32,000 bases of DNA from Xylella taiwanensis (GCF_013177435.1 NZ_CP053627.1:330001-362000); one strand, 5' to 3'. Positions 9,451-19,270 are shown, counted from the first letter of the stretch. A program made the numbers and translations. Notes: generated by a model not told the origin, from the sequence alone.

Positions 9451-11478
9451 TCAGTCCAACGGAGGCGCGGTGGGTGCGCCTGTGAGTGTTCGGTTATCGA
9501 GCAGAAGTACCGGAATGCCGGTCTGGGGGTGGCGGTCTTCACGGTAGCGCAAGGAAGTGAGCGAGGATTGCAACTCTTTCAGTGCTGGGTCCATGCCACG
9601 CAACGGATACCAGAGGCCAATTAAGCCGAAATGGCGGTCATAGTGCAGCGTCTGTGCCGAGCCCAGCCACAGTGGCTGTTGTTCCGGCTGCAATTGAGCG
9701 GTGGCTGGCCACAGCCGTAGCACGTAGCATTCGTCCGAATGTGGGCTGTCACGTACCATGAGCAGTGCTTCGACTCGCGTGTCCAATGTGGCCGGTAGCA
9801 CCGGCACAGTATTCGGTTGCGAACTCACATCAAGCAAGTGCAACGCTTCCTTCCAGCCGGCCTGCGGTTGGCGTCGCCAACCCTGTGTTTCCAAGTGCTG
9901 TTGCAATGGTGCCAGCGGACCAGCGACTTGTACGTTGAGTGGCCAGCGCTCTGCATCGTCGAACTCGTTGCGGCGGGTGGGTAAGTCACGCCAGTCGTTC
10001 TTCCACCAACGTTCCGCAGCGATTGCCTGTGGTAACGGCAATGGTGGTTCGAACGTGGCTAACTTGTGCTCTAGATGGTGGGGGGCCAGCACCATTGCAG
10101 CGATTGAGAAGGCGCCATAAAACAACCAGCTTAAGGGTTTGACCTGAAGTTCATGGGTCAAGCGTCGCCGATAGGCGATACCCAGTACCAGTAGCCAGAA
10201 GATGCCGAACAGCATGCCCCCGATCACGTCGCTGAGCCAATGCGCACCTAGGTACAGTCGTGCGAAACCAATCAGAGAGGCGACCGCGCCGCTCACCATG
10301 TATGGCCAAACCCGGTTGCGTCCGGGGAGTTCTCGCGCGATCAGTACGGCAAAGAACCCGAAGGCAATGGTGACCATCGTGACTGCAACGGACGGAAAGC
10401 CAAACCCGCTGCTGGCTGATGGCGGCTGTATCACGTGCATGGTCTTGTCCAGCAACCAGGTCAATGCCAACCCGAAGCCAAGTGCGGCGAGCCAATGCAA
10501 TACCGGCATCCAATGTTTGTGCCAGGCAAGATACGCCATTGTGACGGCAATGGTGGGCAACAGGATGTGCCAGTCGCCTAACGAGGCTAGTGCTGTCATT
10601 GGATAATCTGCCAATGGGTTGCGCAGTGCCAGCATGACGTTGTGGACGGCAAGATCCACCGGCAGCGGCTCACCATGGACCAGGACTACCATGAGCAGCG
10701 CAAACCATCCCCAGCCCAGCAACAGCAGCATCACCGCCAGTACAGCGAGCGGCACTGACTCGCGCTTCTGAGGATCGAAAACCGAGATCGACCAGCGTCC
10801 TAGACTGGGATGGCGATGCGACCAGGCCAACAGACGGGCGACCAACTGGTCAAGGTTCCTGGCAGCCCAGCGGTAACTGTATAGCACCACGGCCCAGACG
10901 ATTGCGAGGACCAATATCAGTAAGGCGATGACTAGGGAGAGCCGTCCGGCGACGGCTGCCACCGCGTCGTAGGCTTCGCCAAGGAGCCACCCTGGCGCGA
11001 GAAACAGTGCTCCCCAGGACAGGCAGGCCAAGCCACTGGCAGAGGCATAGTGTTTGAGCGGCATCCGCAGCATGCCGGCGATGGCAGGTACGAATGGACG
11101 GACCGCGCCGACGTAGCGTGCCACTAGGATGCTTTTAAAGGAGTTACGGCGAAACAGTGCTTCGCCACGATCCAGAAATTGCGGATAGCGATTGAATGGC
11201 CAGATCTCGCGTAATCGATGACCCCATCGATGCCCGACCCAGAAGCTTAGGGCATCGCCAGCGAATGCTCCTACCGAGGCGCATGCGATGGCATAGGGGC
11301 CATTAATTTTGTCGAGTCCGATGAGCACGCCAATGGCGAATAGCAGCGGTAGCGCCGGCACGATGGTGCCGAGAATGATGACCGCATCACTAAAAGCAAT
11401 GGCGAAGATAACGAGACCGGCCAACGCTGGATGTTGTTCGATCCATACGAGTATTGTTTCAATCCAGGGTGCATTCAT
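9451..11478 (-). CDS. Polytopic membrane fusion protein: DedA (SNARE-associated) domain + PAP2-like domain + LssY-like C-terminal domain
   Basis: The start is taken at MNAPWIETILVWIEQHPALAG (ATG 11476-11478). The DedA pattern is FSDAVIILGTIVP...GDALSFWVGHRWG...ARYVGAVRPFVPAIAGM. A mid-protein PAP2-like block reads ARLYLGAHWLSDVIGG. A soluble C-terminal region of about 200 aa follows. The 88 upstream codons in the ORF track overlap the divergent gene and are rejected. Confidence 0.8.
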   Translation of the reverse strand: MNAPWIETILVWIEQHPALAGLVIFAIAFSDAVIILGTIVPALPLLFAIGVLIGLDKINGPYAIACASVGAFAGDALSFWVGHRWGHRLREIWPFNRYPQFLDRGEALFRRNSFKSILVARYVGAVRPFVPAIAGMLRMPLKHYASASGLACLSWGALFLAPGWLLGEAYDAVAAVAGRLSLVIALLILVLAIVWAVVLYSYRWAARNLDQLVARLLAWSHRHPSLGRWSISVFDPQKRESVPLAVLAVMLLLLGWGWFALLMVVLVHGEPLPVDLAVHNVMLALRNPLADYPMTALASLGDWHILLPTIAVTMAYLAWHKHWMPVLHWLAALGFGLALTWLLDKTMHVIQPPSASSGFGFPSVAVTMVTIAFGFFAVLIARELPGRNRVWPYMVSGAVASLIGFARLYLGAHWLSDVIGGMLFGIFWLLVLGIAYRRRLTHELQVKPLSWLFYGAFSIAAMVLAPHHLEHKLATFEPPLPLPQAIAAERWWKNDWRDLPTRRNEFDDAERWPLNVQVAGPLAPLQQHLETQGWRRQPQAGWKEALHLLDVSSQPNTVPVLPATLDTRVEALLMVRDSPHSDECYVLRLWPATAQLQPEQQPLWLGSAQTLHYDRHFGLIGLWYPLRGMDPALKELQSSLTSLRYREDRHPQTGIPVLLLDNRTLTGAPTAPPLD

Positions 11479-11568
11479 GTCGGAATTATAGGGTGGGAAG
11501 GAATACGCACACTCTTGTATCAGCAGGGGATGCCTGAAAGGCGCTGCGCTGCACTTTACAATGTGTCC

Positions 11569-12228
11569 ATGTCTACTCGTCTTGCTGTGCCCGAAACGCT
11601 GAAGGCCGATGCTTTTGGTCGTATTTTGCTGGTGTGTGAAAAAGGGCACATGTTCATCCGGCGTGATCTCAGTGTGGTGTCGTGGTGGCTGCGTGGCCTC
11701 GCCGGTTGGCTGGCCAAGCGTGAAGTTGCAGCACTGCGCCAAATTGAAGTGTTGCCCGCGGTACCACGGTTACTGAGCTGGGATGGGGTGCGTCTGGATC
11801 GCAGTTTTCTGTCTGGTCACATGATGTATCAACGCCCGCCACGCGGCGATTTAGCTTATTTCCGTGCTGCGTGTCGTTTATTGCAGCAAATGCATCGTTG
11901 CGGTGTCGTCCACAATGACCTTGCCAAGGAGGCAAATTGGTTGGTGCTGGAGGATGGCAGCCCGGGTTTGATCGATTTTCAGTTGGCGGTACGTGGTGAT
12001 CCTCGCGCGCCCTTGATGCGTCTGCTTGCGCGCGAGGATCTGCGTCACCTGCTTAAGCACAAGCGCATGTATTGCCCGGAGGCGTTGACCCCGGTGGAAC
12101 GGCGTCTCCTCAAGCGTCCTTCATGGGTACGTCGGCTCTGGTTTGTCACTGGAAAGCCGGTGTACCGCTTCGTGACGCGACGTGTACTGCATTGGGAGGA
12201 TAACGAGGGACGTGGAGCAAGGCCGTAG
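11569..12228 (+). CDS. Minimal atypical protein/lipid kinase fold (Kdo/WaaP/RIO-like lipopolysaccharide-kinase superfamily)
   Basis: Catalytic-loop-like VVHNDLAKEANWLV and a DFG-like LIDFQLA are present. The product is 219 aa from the ATG at 11569. The longer ORF from 11431 would overlap the divergent gene start. Confidence 0.6.
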   Translation: MSTRLAVPETLKADAFGRILLVCEKGHMFIRRDLSVVSWWLRGLAGWLAKREVAALRQIEVLPAVPRLLSWDGVRLDRSFLSGHMMYQRPPRGDLAYFRAACRLLQQMHRCGVVHNDLAKEANWLVLEDGSPGLIDFQLAVRGDPRAPLMRLLAREDLRHLLKHKRMYCPEALTPVERRLLKRPSWVRRLWFVTGKPVYRFVTRRVLHWEDNEGRGARP

Positions 12229-12998
12229 CGGTGGTGCATAGTCGTAGACTGGTGCAGCGATTCCGTCACCGCTGCATTTCCTCGTCCTTGGGGTTGCTTA
12301 TCGTGCTTCCTCGCCGGATTGATAGCCGGATTTCAGTGCGCCACGATCATGGCGTTGTTTGGTTGCAACCTCAGGTGGGTTGTCCATTGCGGTAGTACAT
12401 GTGTTGTCGCTGCACCTTCACTGTTTTTCTGACAATGGTCGTACCTATCTGTGGTTCGTCAGTGCTTGATCTGGAATGGATGCATGCGAACTTTTCGCAT
12501 GTGTCGCCAAGCCGCTTCAATGGAAACGACCCATCATGAGATCGATGGTGTTCCTCATTGGATATGACAGGTGGATACACGTCTGCGCAAGGTGAAGCGC
12601 ACGGATAAGGACATTGTCGAGGCGCGAGGGGGCAGCGGTGCGAGGGTGTTCAACATCTGCAAGCGTCATCAAGCATTGACTGTGTGACGTCCCTGATGGA
12701 CATCTGACTTGTCAGAGATGAGAGCGTGATGTGAGGTAAATGTTGCCGATGTATCAGCGGATCGCTGACAAGATGTCTGACCCGCCAAAGATCTCTGATG
12801 TATTGTGGACACACGTTGTGGTGGGGCAACGCATCCGGTTTTCTTTGGACGGGGCTGGTGATGGCCATGATGGGCCTGCGCCTTACACACGGGCGGGGAC
12901 ACCACACAAGCTGACATGGAATGTTGATGAGCAATGGCCCGCATTAGGGCCTGTGAATACTCATGGTGCTGAGGTGCTGTCCTTGCAGCAGTGAGTGT

Positions 12999-13549
12999 AT
13001 GCAGATCGCAGCAGCCCAATTCGAGCAGGTCGAACACCTTCTACCGAGGCAACGTCAATCCGATGAATCTGAAGATGGTCAACACCATCCTGTCTCTCGC
13101 TGAGCACGGCTGCGAATGGCGTGAATTGACTCACTGACACACGATCTACACCCACACGAACCGATGGGTGCGGGCGTATTGGATCGAGTCTTCGCGCTAC
13201 TTCAGCAAGCGCAGGTCGTGCAGATCGAAAACCAAGCTGTGCCGCTGGACAGCACCAGTGTGAACGCGAATAGCATCAGCACACCCCCAAAACAGTCTAT
13301 CTACTATCGGAAAATTCCTTGCCTGGATGGAACACCGAGAACCACCTTTTCGTGGCTGATGTGTGTGCGGTCATTACCTTCTCGCTATTGCCTGAACAAG
13401 CGCACGATGCACCGGAATGTCGTGAGTGGCTCAAACCGTTCGAGCCGTTGAATTGCCTATTGCACGTCCTGATGTTGCGCGCTAATAGCGAGGTATTGTC
13501 GTGGAGGTCCCGCTATGCAATGCGGGGTGTGATGATTCGCAAGGAATGA
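12999..13549 (+). pseudogene. IS5-family transposase remnant, multiply frameshifted and 3'-truncated
   Basis: Family-typical blocks are split over three frames. They are MQIAAAQFEQVEHLLP; NTILSLAEHGCEWRELT / HTIYTHTNRW; GVLDRVFALLQQAQVVQIENQAVPLDSTSV; and WNTENHLFVADVCAVITFSLLPEQAHDAPECREWL. The C-terminal third of the DDE domain and any terminal inverted repeats are not visible. Confidence 0.75.
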
Positions 13550-14535
13550 CACAGTGGCATCCTGCGCTGCTGCTGCGCCCTGTATAAAATGATCCCTGCA
13601 AATTGTGGTGTGTCTTCTATGGCATCTGCGGTGTTCTTCTCCTCCGTGGCGGCCCGCTGTTAGTGCTCATGGTGGTGTTCTTGTGGTGCTTGGTTGGGAG
13701 CGTGGTGTGGGGTTTCGATTTACTTGGTGATCCATGATGTGTGTATCCGTTGCAAGGCAGTCTATTGCTGCTGGTGATGGTTGCTAGGTCGCTCCGTTAT
13801 CGTTGCTGCCACGTTGTTCTCGGCTTGCTTGCATTGGTGCAAGCTCGCAGTGTTGGTTTGCATCCAAGAGTGCAACATTGCTGCACGGGAGGAGAATTGT
13901 GTTGCGGTGCGGCCATGTTGGAGACCTGCGATCAGGGTATTGCATGTCTTCCGCGTTGATGGTGACCGTGGGGACTTTAGTTACTGCCGTGGATGGCGTT
14001 GTTTGGCGCGCTGTGTAGCCAATGCGCTACGGGTTGGCAATAGTTGGGGATTGCCATCGGCGTGTTCGTTGTGTTTGGATGCAATACAGGCTGCTGTTTG
14101 GTTGCTGCTCTGCGGGAATTGACGCTTGTTGGTCGGTGCAATTGACTGGGTATTGGGTTTGCTTGGGTGGCGTGGACGTGCATCGTTTGTTGCCGGGTAT
14201 CGCTGGCGCTAGGTAGATGTTATGGAGTGACCCGTCGCGAGTGAGTCTGTCGTTGATTGACAGTAAGTGTTTGCATATGTTGCCAATTTTTCAGTGGGTA
14301 GTCCTTCGATGACGTGCCGGTGCTTGTCCGACTCATGTGTGACATTCACTGCCTATGTTTGGTGTGGTTCCATCTGTGTCAGACGCTCACCGGTGGTGAC
14401 CGGTGATGTTAACGCGGTGCTCGTTGTCGCTCTGGGTGCGATGTTTGACGGTGAATGCTTTGGGTGGGGCTGGAAGGAGATAGGGGTGATGGCCCTGGCT
14501 TGCGGGGTGGTTTTGCCTGCTGACCAGGAGTGCCG

Positions 14536-15432
14536 GTGAGCGGTCTGCGTGATGTCCAGCGTGGGCTGCTGATGACTGCTTTGACGTTTGTGCTGTGGGG
14601 CGTGGTTCCACTGTATTGGAAGCTGCTGAAGCATGTGCCGCCGTTGCAGATCATCGCTCACCGTATTGTCTGGTGCACGTTGTTTGTACTGGGCTGGCTG
14701 TTTCTTTCTGTACGCTTTGCCTGGTGGCATGCGATCAAGGCTACGCCTGGGGCGCGGCTGATGCTGTTGGGTAGTGGTGTGGCAATCGCGCTCGATTGGG
14801 GCCTTTATATCTGGGCCATTAATACGGATCACGTGATTGAGAGTAGTTTGGGCTACTTCATCAGTCCGCTGCTGAGTGTGTTGCTGGGTGTACTGTTGTT
14901 GCAGGAACGGCTGCGCGGCTTGCAGTGGCTGGCCGTGGTCTGTGCCGCTCTTGGTGTCGCTTGGTTGACTTGGCAGGCTGGGAAGCCTCCTTGGATTGCA
15001 TTGGGTTTGGCGCTGTCTTTGTCTCTGTATGGTTTGCTGCGTAAAGTGGTTGCTGTAGATGCGGTGGCCGGGTTGTGTGTGGAAAGCTTGTACCTGTTTT
15101 TACCGGCGCTCGCGTTGCTGCTATGGGGTGAGGCAGGACATGGTGGTGGTTTCTTCAGCGGTTGGAGTGTGGGTACCGATGTGTTACTGGTGTTTGGCGG
15201 TGTAGTGACTGCGCTACCGCTCATTTGTTTTTCCTACGGGGTGCGGTTGATCCCGTTATCGTTGCTGGGTCTCTTGCAGTACATTGGGCCAACATTGGGA
15301 TTGGCGCTGGGGGTTTGGTTCTTCCACGAGCCGTTCGATGCGTACAAATTGCTAGGTTTTGTCGTGATTTGGATCGGATTGTTATTGTTCATCGGCGATA
15401 CTCTGTGGCAGGTACGACGCACGATGGGGTGA
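14536..15432 (+). CDS. rarD: EamA/DMT-family permease RarD
   Basis: ALTFVLWGVVPLYWKLLKHVPPLQIIAHRIVW is the RarD N-terminal signature, and about 10 TM segments are predicted. AGGAG at 14526-14530 sits 5 nt before the GTG at 14536. Alternative starts are at 14530 and 14572. Confidence 0.85.
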   Translation: MSGLRDVQRGLLMTALTFVLWGVVPLYWKLLKHVPPLQIIAHRIVWCTLFVLGWLFLSVRFAWWHAIKATPGARLMLLGSGVAIALDWGLYIWAINTDHVIESSLGYFISPLLSVLLGVLLLQERLRGLQWLAVVCAALGVAWLTWQAGKPPWIALGLALSLSLYGLLRKVVAVDAVAGLCVESLYLFLPALALLLWGEAGHGGGFFSGWSVGTDVLLVFGGVVTALPLICFSYGVRLIPLSLLGLLQYIGPTLGLALGVWFFHEPFDAYKLLGFVVIWIGLLLFIGDTLWQVRRTMG

Positions 15433-16180
15433 ACACCGCGAGGCTAGGGTTGTTGTTCAGTTGCGCCTTGGCTGCTGTGTTGACCTCTGCAGCGCGAGTG
15501 CCGATGTCTTGGAGGGTGCTAGCGTGCATTGATAGATAACGCTCGGGCATGCCGGTGGGTAAGTGAGGCGGCTCGCATGTGCGGCGCCATGCCCTGGATC
15601 ATATGGTCGGTGTTGGTGCTGGCCTGCTGTCACTGGCTGAGTCGATGGTGCCGTGACCTTAGACCTGGGTTTAGCGGAATGCTGCAGTAGGCGGCGTGGG
15701 TCAGATTGCAGCGATGACGGTAAACCTAAAGAGTCGCCATCCATGACCTAGCCGTTATAACAGCATCACGGGGTTGCGTGCGGGGACGTTGGGTGCTGGA
15801 CAGTCGTGTTCATGACCTGGCTGGCGTTGTGATGTTGATGCAGGTAGCGGTAATGCATGCTTGGGCGGTGAGATGGATGGTGTGTCAAACAGTCGGCATC
15901 CTGTTGTATGTGCAGGTGGCTGACTGTAGTTGGGTATGGTGATGATGGCCTCGATCCGTTTGCTGTGACGCGGCCACATCATTGAGCAGCTAAGAAAGTG
16001 TATGAAGGGCAACCAGTCCTGCATTGGCAGGTGCAAGCCAGCAGCCAACAGGTACAGCGTGGTCGGAGATTGGAGTGTAAGAGGAGGGGCTATGGAGGAG
16101 CGGACGAGTTGCAGTGGTATTTTGATGAAAGAACAATGGTGGGCGACATTCGGTTGAGTTTTGGTGTGTGCTTCGGTTGC

Positions 16181-17548
16181 TCATCTGTAGCGTTCTTTCA
16201 GCATCGCCCAGGCGGAGCGCAGTGCCAGTGCTTCGCCACCTACGGGTCGACCGGGGCGGTCACGGTCGTTCCAGGCGTATACATCCAGGTGTGCCCAAGG
16301 CAGGTCTTGAGCGACGAATCGTTCCAGATACAGTGCGGCGGTCACTGCGCCAGCCATGCGTGAGCCGGCGTTGGCCAGGTTGGCAACATGGCTGTTGAGG
16401 TAGTGCAAATATGGGCGCCATAGTGGCATGCGCCATACTGGGTCGCGGGTACGCTCGCCAGCATCTAACCAGGCTTGGGCTAACACGTCGTTGTTACTGA
16501 AAAGTGCTGGCAGGTCCGGTCCCAGAGCGATCCGTGCTGCGCCGGTCAGGGTTGCGAAGTCCAGGATCGTGTCCGGCTTCAGTTCGCTGGCGTAGGTCAG
16601 CGCATCGCACAAAATCAGGCGACCTTCGGCGTCGGTGTTGTCAATCTCAACACTGATTCCTGCGCGTGTCACGATCACCTCGCCGGGGCGGAAAGCGTCA
16701 GGTCCGATTGCATTTTCTACTGCTGGTATCAGCACGGTTAGTCGCACCGGCAGTTGCTGCTCCATGATGAGTCCGGCCAGTGCCAGAGCGTGTGCGGCAC
16801 CACCCATGTCTTTCTTCATGTGACGCATGCCGTCGGCAGGCTTCAGATCCAGGCCGCCTGTGTCGAAGCACACTCCTTTGCCGATCAGAACTAAGTGAGG
16901 ATGGGTGTGCTGACCCCAGTTGAGTCGTAACAGGCGTGGCGCACGGTGTGAGGCGCGACCGACGGCGTGGATGGTTGGGAAGTGGTGTGCCAATAGCACT
17001 TCGCCGATGATGCTTTCGAATGTGCCACCGTGTGTCTGTGCTAAGTCGTGGGCAATGGCTTCGAGTTCCTCCGGGCCCATGTCCTGGGTTGGGGTGTTGA
17101 CCCAGTCGCGTACCTGTAGGCAAGCCTTAATGAGCGCCGTGGTTTCGGGTGTTGGTGTCAGGGCCAATTCTGCCGGTGTACGGTCTGGGATACGGTAGCG
17201 TGCGAAGCGATAGCTGCCCAGGCCCCAGCCCAGTGCCAGAGTGGTTTGTTCGGTGGGGTCCCATGTTCCAACGGGTTGCCAGTGGGTGCCTGCCGGGAGT
17301 GTGAATGGGCCGTGTGCATAGGAGTAGGCGTCGGCGTGGTCACCCACACCCAGCACCGCTCCAGCGAGGCCGTGTTCGCCAGGTAGCAGCAGCACACTGC
17401 CAGCGGCAGCGGCAAAGCCCTGGGTCTGTGCCCATGATTGAATTTGGGTTGGCTGTGTGGCTAACCAGTCTGTGAAACACTCGCGGTTCAGGACATGCAA
17501 CGGTAAGGCATTGGTGGTAGCAGGAGTGAAACCGTGGGGGAGGGACAT
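16181..17548 (-). CDS. M17-family leucyl aminopeptidase-like protein
   Basis: VCFDTGGLDLKP, MKKDMGGAA and the metal-site motif NTDAEGRLIL are present, with a GAARIALG-type C-terminal region. Confidence 0.9.
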   Translation of the reverse strand: MSLPHGFTPATTNALPLHVLNRECFTDWLATQPTQIQSWAQTQGFAAAAGSVLLLPGEHGLAGAVLGVGDHADAYSYAHGPFTLPAGTHWQPVGTWDPTEQTTLALGWGLGSYRFARYRIPDRTPAELALTPTPETTALIKACLQVRDWVNTPTQDMGPEELEAIAHDLAQTHGGTFESIIGEVLLAHHFPTIHAVGRASHRAPRLLRLNWGQHTHPHLVLIGKGVCFDTGGLDLKPADGMRHMKKDMGGAAHALALAGLIMEQQLPVRLTVLIPAVENAIGPDAFRPGEVIVTRAGISVEIDNTDAEGRLILCDALTYASELKPDTILDFATLTGAARIALGPDLPALFSNNDVLAQAWLDAGERTRDPVWRMPLWRPYLHYLNSHVANLANAGSRMAGAVTAALYLERFVAQDLPWAHLDVYAWNDRDRPGRPVGGEALALRSAWAMLKERYR

Positions 17549-17795
17549 AGAGAGGTCTCTTGGCGGACGCAGTCAGATGTGGCGATGCAGGTGTGGGTTA
17601 GGCGTTGTTTGTTGTACTAACATTATGCGTGGGGAAAGGTATGCAGGTGCAGGTATGTTTGGATCCCAGTCCAGTTGGTCAGCTCGGTTGGAGTATTGAA
17701 ATACGGATTCGGTGGCTGAGTTACCGAGATGCAGAACCTGTGCTGGTCGCGTCTCAGAGTGCGTGCAGTTTGCATGGCGGATGCTTGTCTTTGGC

Positions 17796-18038
17796 TTAGT
17801 GCCCGTGCTCACGCGCACTATATTCGACTTGGTTGCACGTGGTGTAGAACGCATCGTAGGCTGGTTTCAACACTGCCAGATCGCTGTTGCTGGGATTCCA
17901 ATACCACGGATCGAGGTGGTGCAGTGTGCTCAGATCTTGCTGCAAGCGTGGATTGTTGCGGAAGCTGTGTTGACGCCGTGTGTGCATCGCTTCGATGGAT
18001 AAGTGCACTGTGGTGATGAGGCGATGCACAGGTGCCAT
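17796..18038 (-). CDS. Hypothetical small protein (80 aa, or 64 aa from the internal Met)
   Basis: It starts 38 nt after the upstream AI-2E transporter stop on the same strand. The amino-acid composition is not low-complexity and codons are GC3-rich, unlike the flanking G+T-skewed non-coding DNA. I recognise no family. Confidence 0.3.
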   Translation of the reverse strand: MAPVHRLITTVHLSIEAMHTRRQHSFRNNPRLQQDLSTLHHLDPWYWNPSNSDLAVLKPAYDAFYTTCNQVEYSAREHGH

Positions 18039-18076
18039 TTTACGTCAAAGGTATGTCATGCGCTTGGAACGATGTT

Positions 18077-19246
18077 CTATTCCAACAGCCGTGCCCAGCG
18101 TTGCAAATCCTCGATTCGGCTCAGCACCATCTTGATGCATACCAGCAACGGTACTGCCAGCAAGAGACCGATCAGGCCCCACAGCGAGCCGAACAGCAGC
18201 AAGGCAACGATCAGCATCAGTGGCGAGATCGCCATGCGCCGCCCGAGTACGATTGGGGTGATGAGTTGTCCCTCCAGCGTGTGTAGCATCAGATACAGCA
18301 GTGCCGGTAGTAACGCCCTACTGGATTCGTGAAATTGTACTAAGCCGACGAGTAGCATCAGCAATACGCCGATCAGCGGTCCTACGTACGGGGCGAAGTT
18401 AAGGAGTGCCACTACTGTGCCCCACAGAAGTGCCTCCTGCAGCGGGATGCTTAGCAGCAGCAGTACACCGCTGAACACCAAACCGACTAGCGCGTTGATC
18501 ACGCTGATGGTCAGTACGTAGCGCGAGATCTCGTGTTCCAGATTACGTAGGATTGAGGTGGTGAAACGTTGCTGATGGTGGTTGGGGAGCAGTGCGATCG
18601 CGTTGCGTTGCAGGTTCTCCCCAAACACCATGAAGAAGAATGTCAGGAGGATGACTGCCAGGACCGATATGACTAGTTTGGGTGTGTCTATCAGTACAGC
18701 GTAAGGGTTGTCTAGGCGGGTTCGCACGATCTGGGACTGGCGCTCGGTTTCTCCACCGGCTGCGCGTGCCAAGCTTTCTACCGCTTGATTGGCTTGTTGC
18801 ACAGGCTTGGTGAGGTGGCGTACTTGGCGTGCCACTTGGCGTATTCTGCCCGGTGCTTGTTGCACCCATTCGCTGGCCGGTCCGGCGAGTTGTACACTGA
18901 GCGCTACCGTTGCGCTGATGCCCAAACACAACAGCAACAGTGCTCCGAAGGCGCGTGGAATGCGTATCTGACCCAGTGCGCGCAGGATTGGGTTGCCTAC
19001 CAGTGCGAAGAACACTGCCAGTAATACGGGAAGGATGACTGCCTGCGTAGCCCACAGGGTGTAACCTACCGCCAATGTTGCTAACACAACCAGTGACAGC
19101 GGACTGTGTGGGCGCGTCGTGAGAGAAGGCCGCAGATGCTGGCCCGCATCGTTGTTGGAGTTGTGGGGGGCCGGCTGATCGGTCATTGTGGTAGGGACAG
19201 GATCAGGAAGAGGATCATATATCCATTGTGGAGCAGGTTGAAGCAC
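18077..19246 (-). CDS. AI-2E family transporter (PerM/YdiK-like permease)
   Basis: It is about 8 TM segments long, with a typical soluble insert between TM segments and the C-terminal FGSLWGLIGLLLAVPL motif. The start could be the ATG at 19186 (MTDQPAPH) instead of 19246. Confidence 0.85.
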   Translation of the reverse strand: MLQPAPQWIYDPLPDPVPTTMTDQPAPHNSNNDAGQHLRPSLTTRPHSPLSLVVLATLAVGYTLWATQAVILPVLLAVFFALVGNPILRALGQIRIPRAFGALLLLCLGISATVALSVQLAGPASEWVQQAPGRIRQVARQVRHLTKPVQQANQAVESLARAAGGETERQSQIVRTRLDNPYAVLIDTPKLVISVLAVILLTFFFMVFGENLQRNAIALLPNHHQQRFTTSILRNLEHEISRYVLTISVINALVGLVFSGVLLLLSIPLQEALLWGTVVALLNFAPYVGPLIGVLLMLLVGLVQFHESSRALLPALLYLMLHTLEGQLITPIVLGRRMAISPLMLIVALLLFGSLWGLIGLLLAVPLLVCIKMVLSRIEDLQRWARLLE

Positions 19247-19270
19247 CGACCTGTTCGCAGCGCAGCCGGT

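Noticed and set aside
9451-11742. Full 763-aa version of the DedA/PAP2 ORF, and the 265-aa version of the kinase ORF starting at 11431
   Set aside because: The N-terminal extensions overlap each other on opposite strands and lack family-like sequence. Internal ATGs at 11478 and 11569 give canonical N-termini.
13741-14216. Cluster of overlapping Cys/Gly/Val/Trp-rich plus-strand ORFs open in all three frames
   Set aside because: This is an artefact of A-poor (G+T-rich) composition, which removes stop codons. The peptides are compositionally implausible and mutually overlapping.
14353-14832. 159-aa minus-strand ORF rich in Pro/Thr/Gln/His
   Set aside because: It is antisense to the well-supported rarD gene and to the C+A-rich complement of the skewed spacer. 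It is a compositional artefact.
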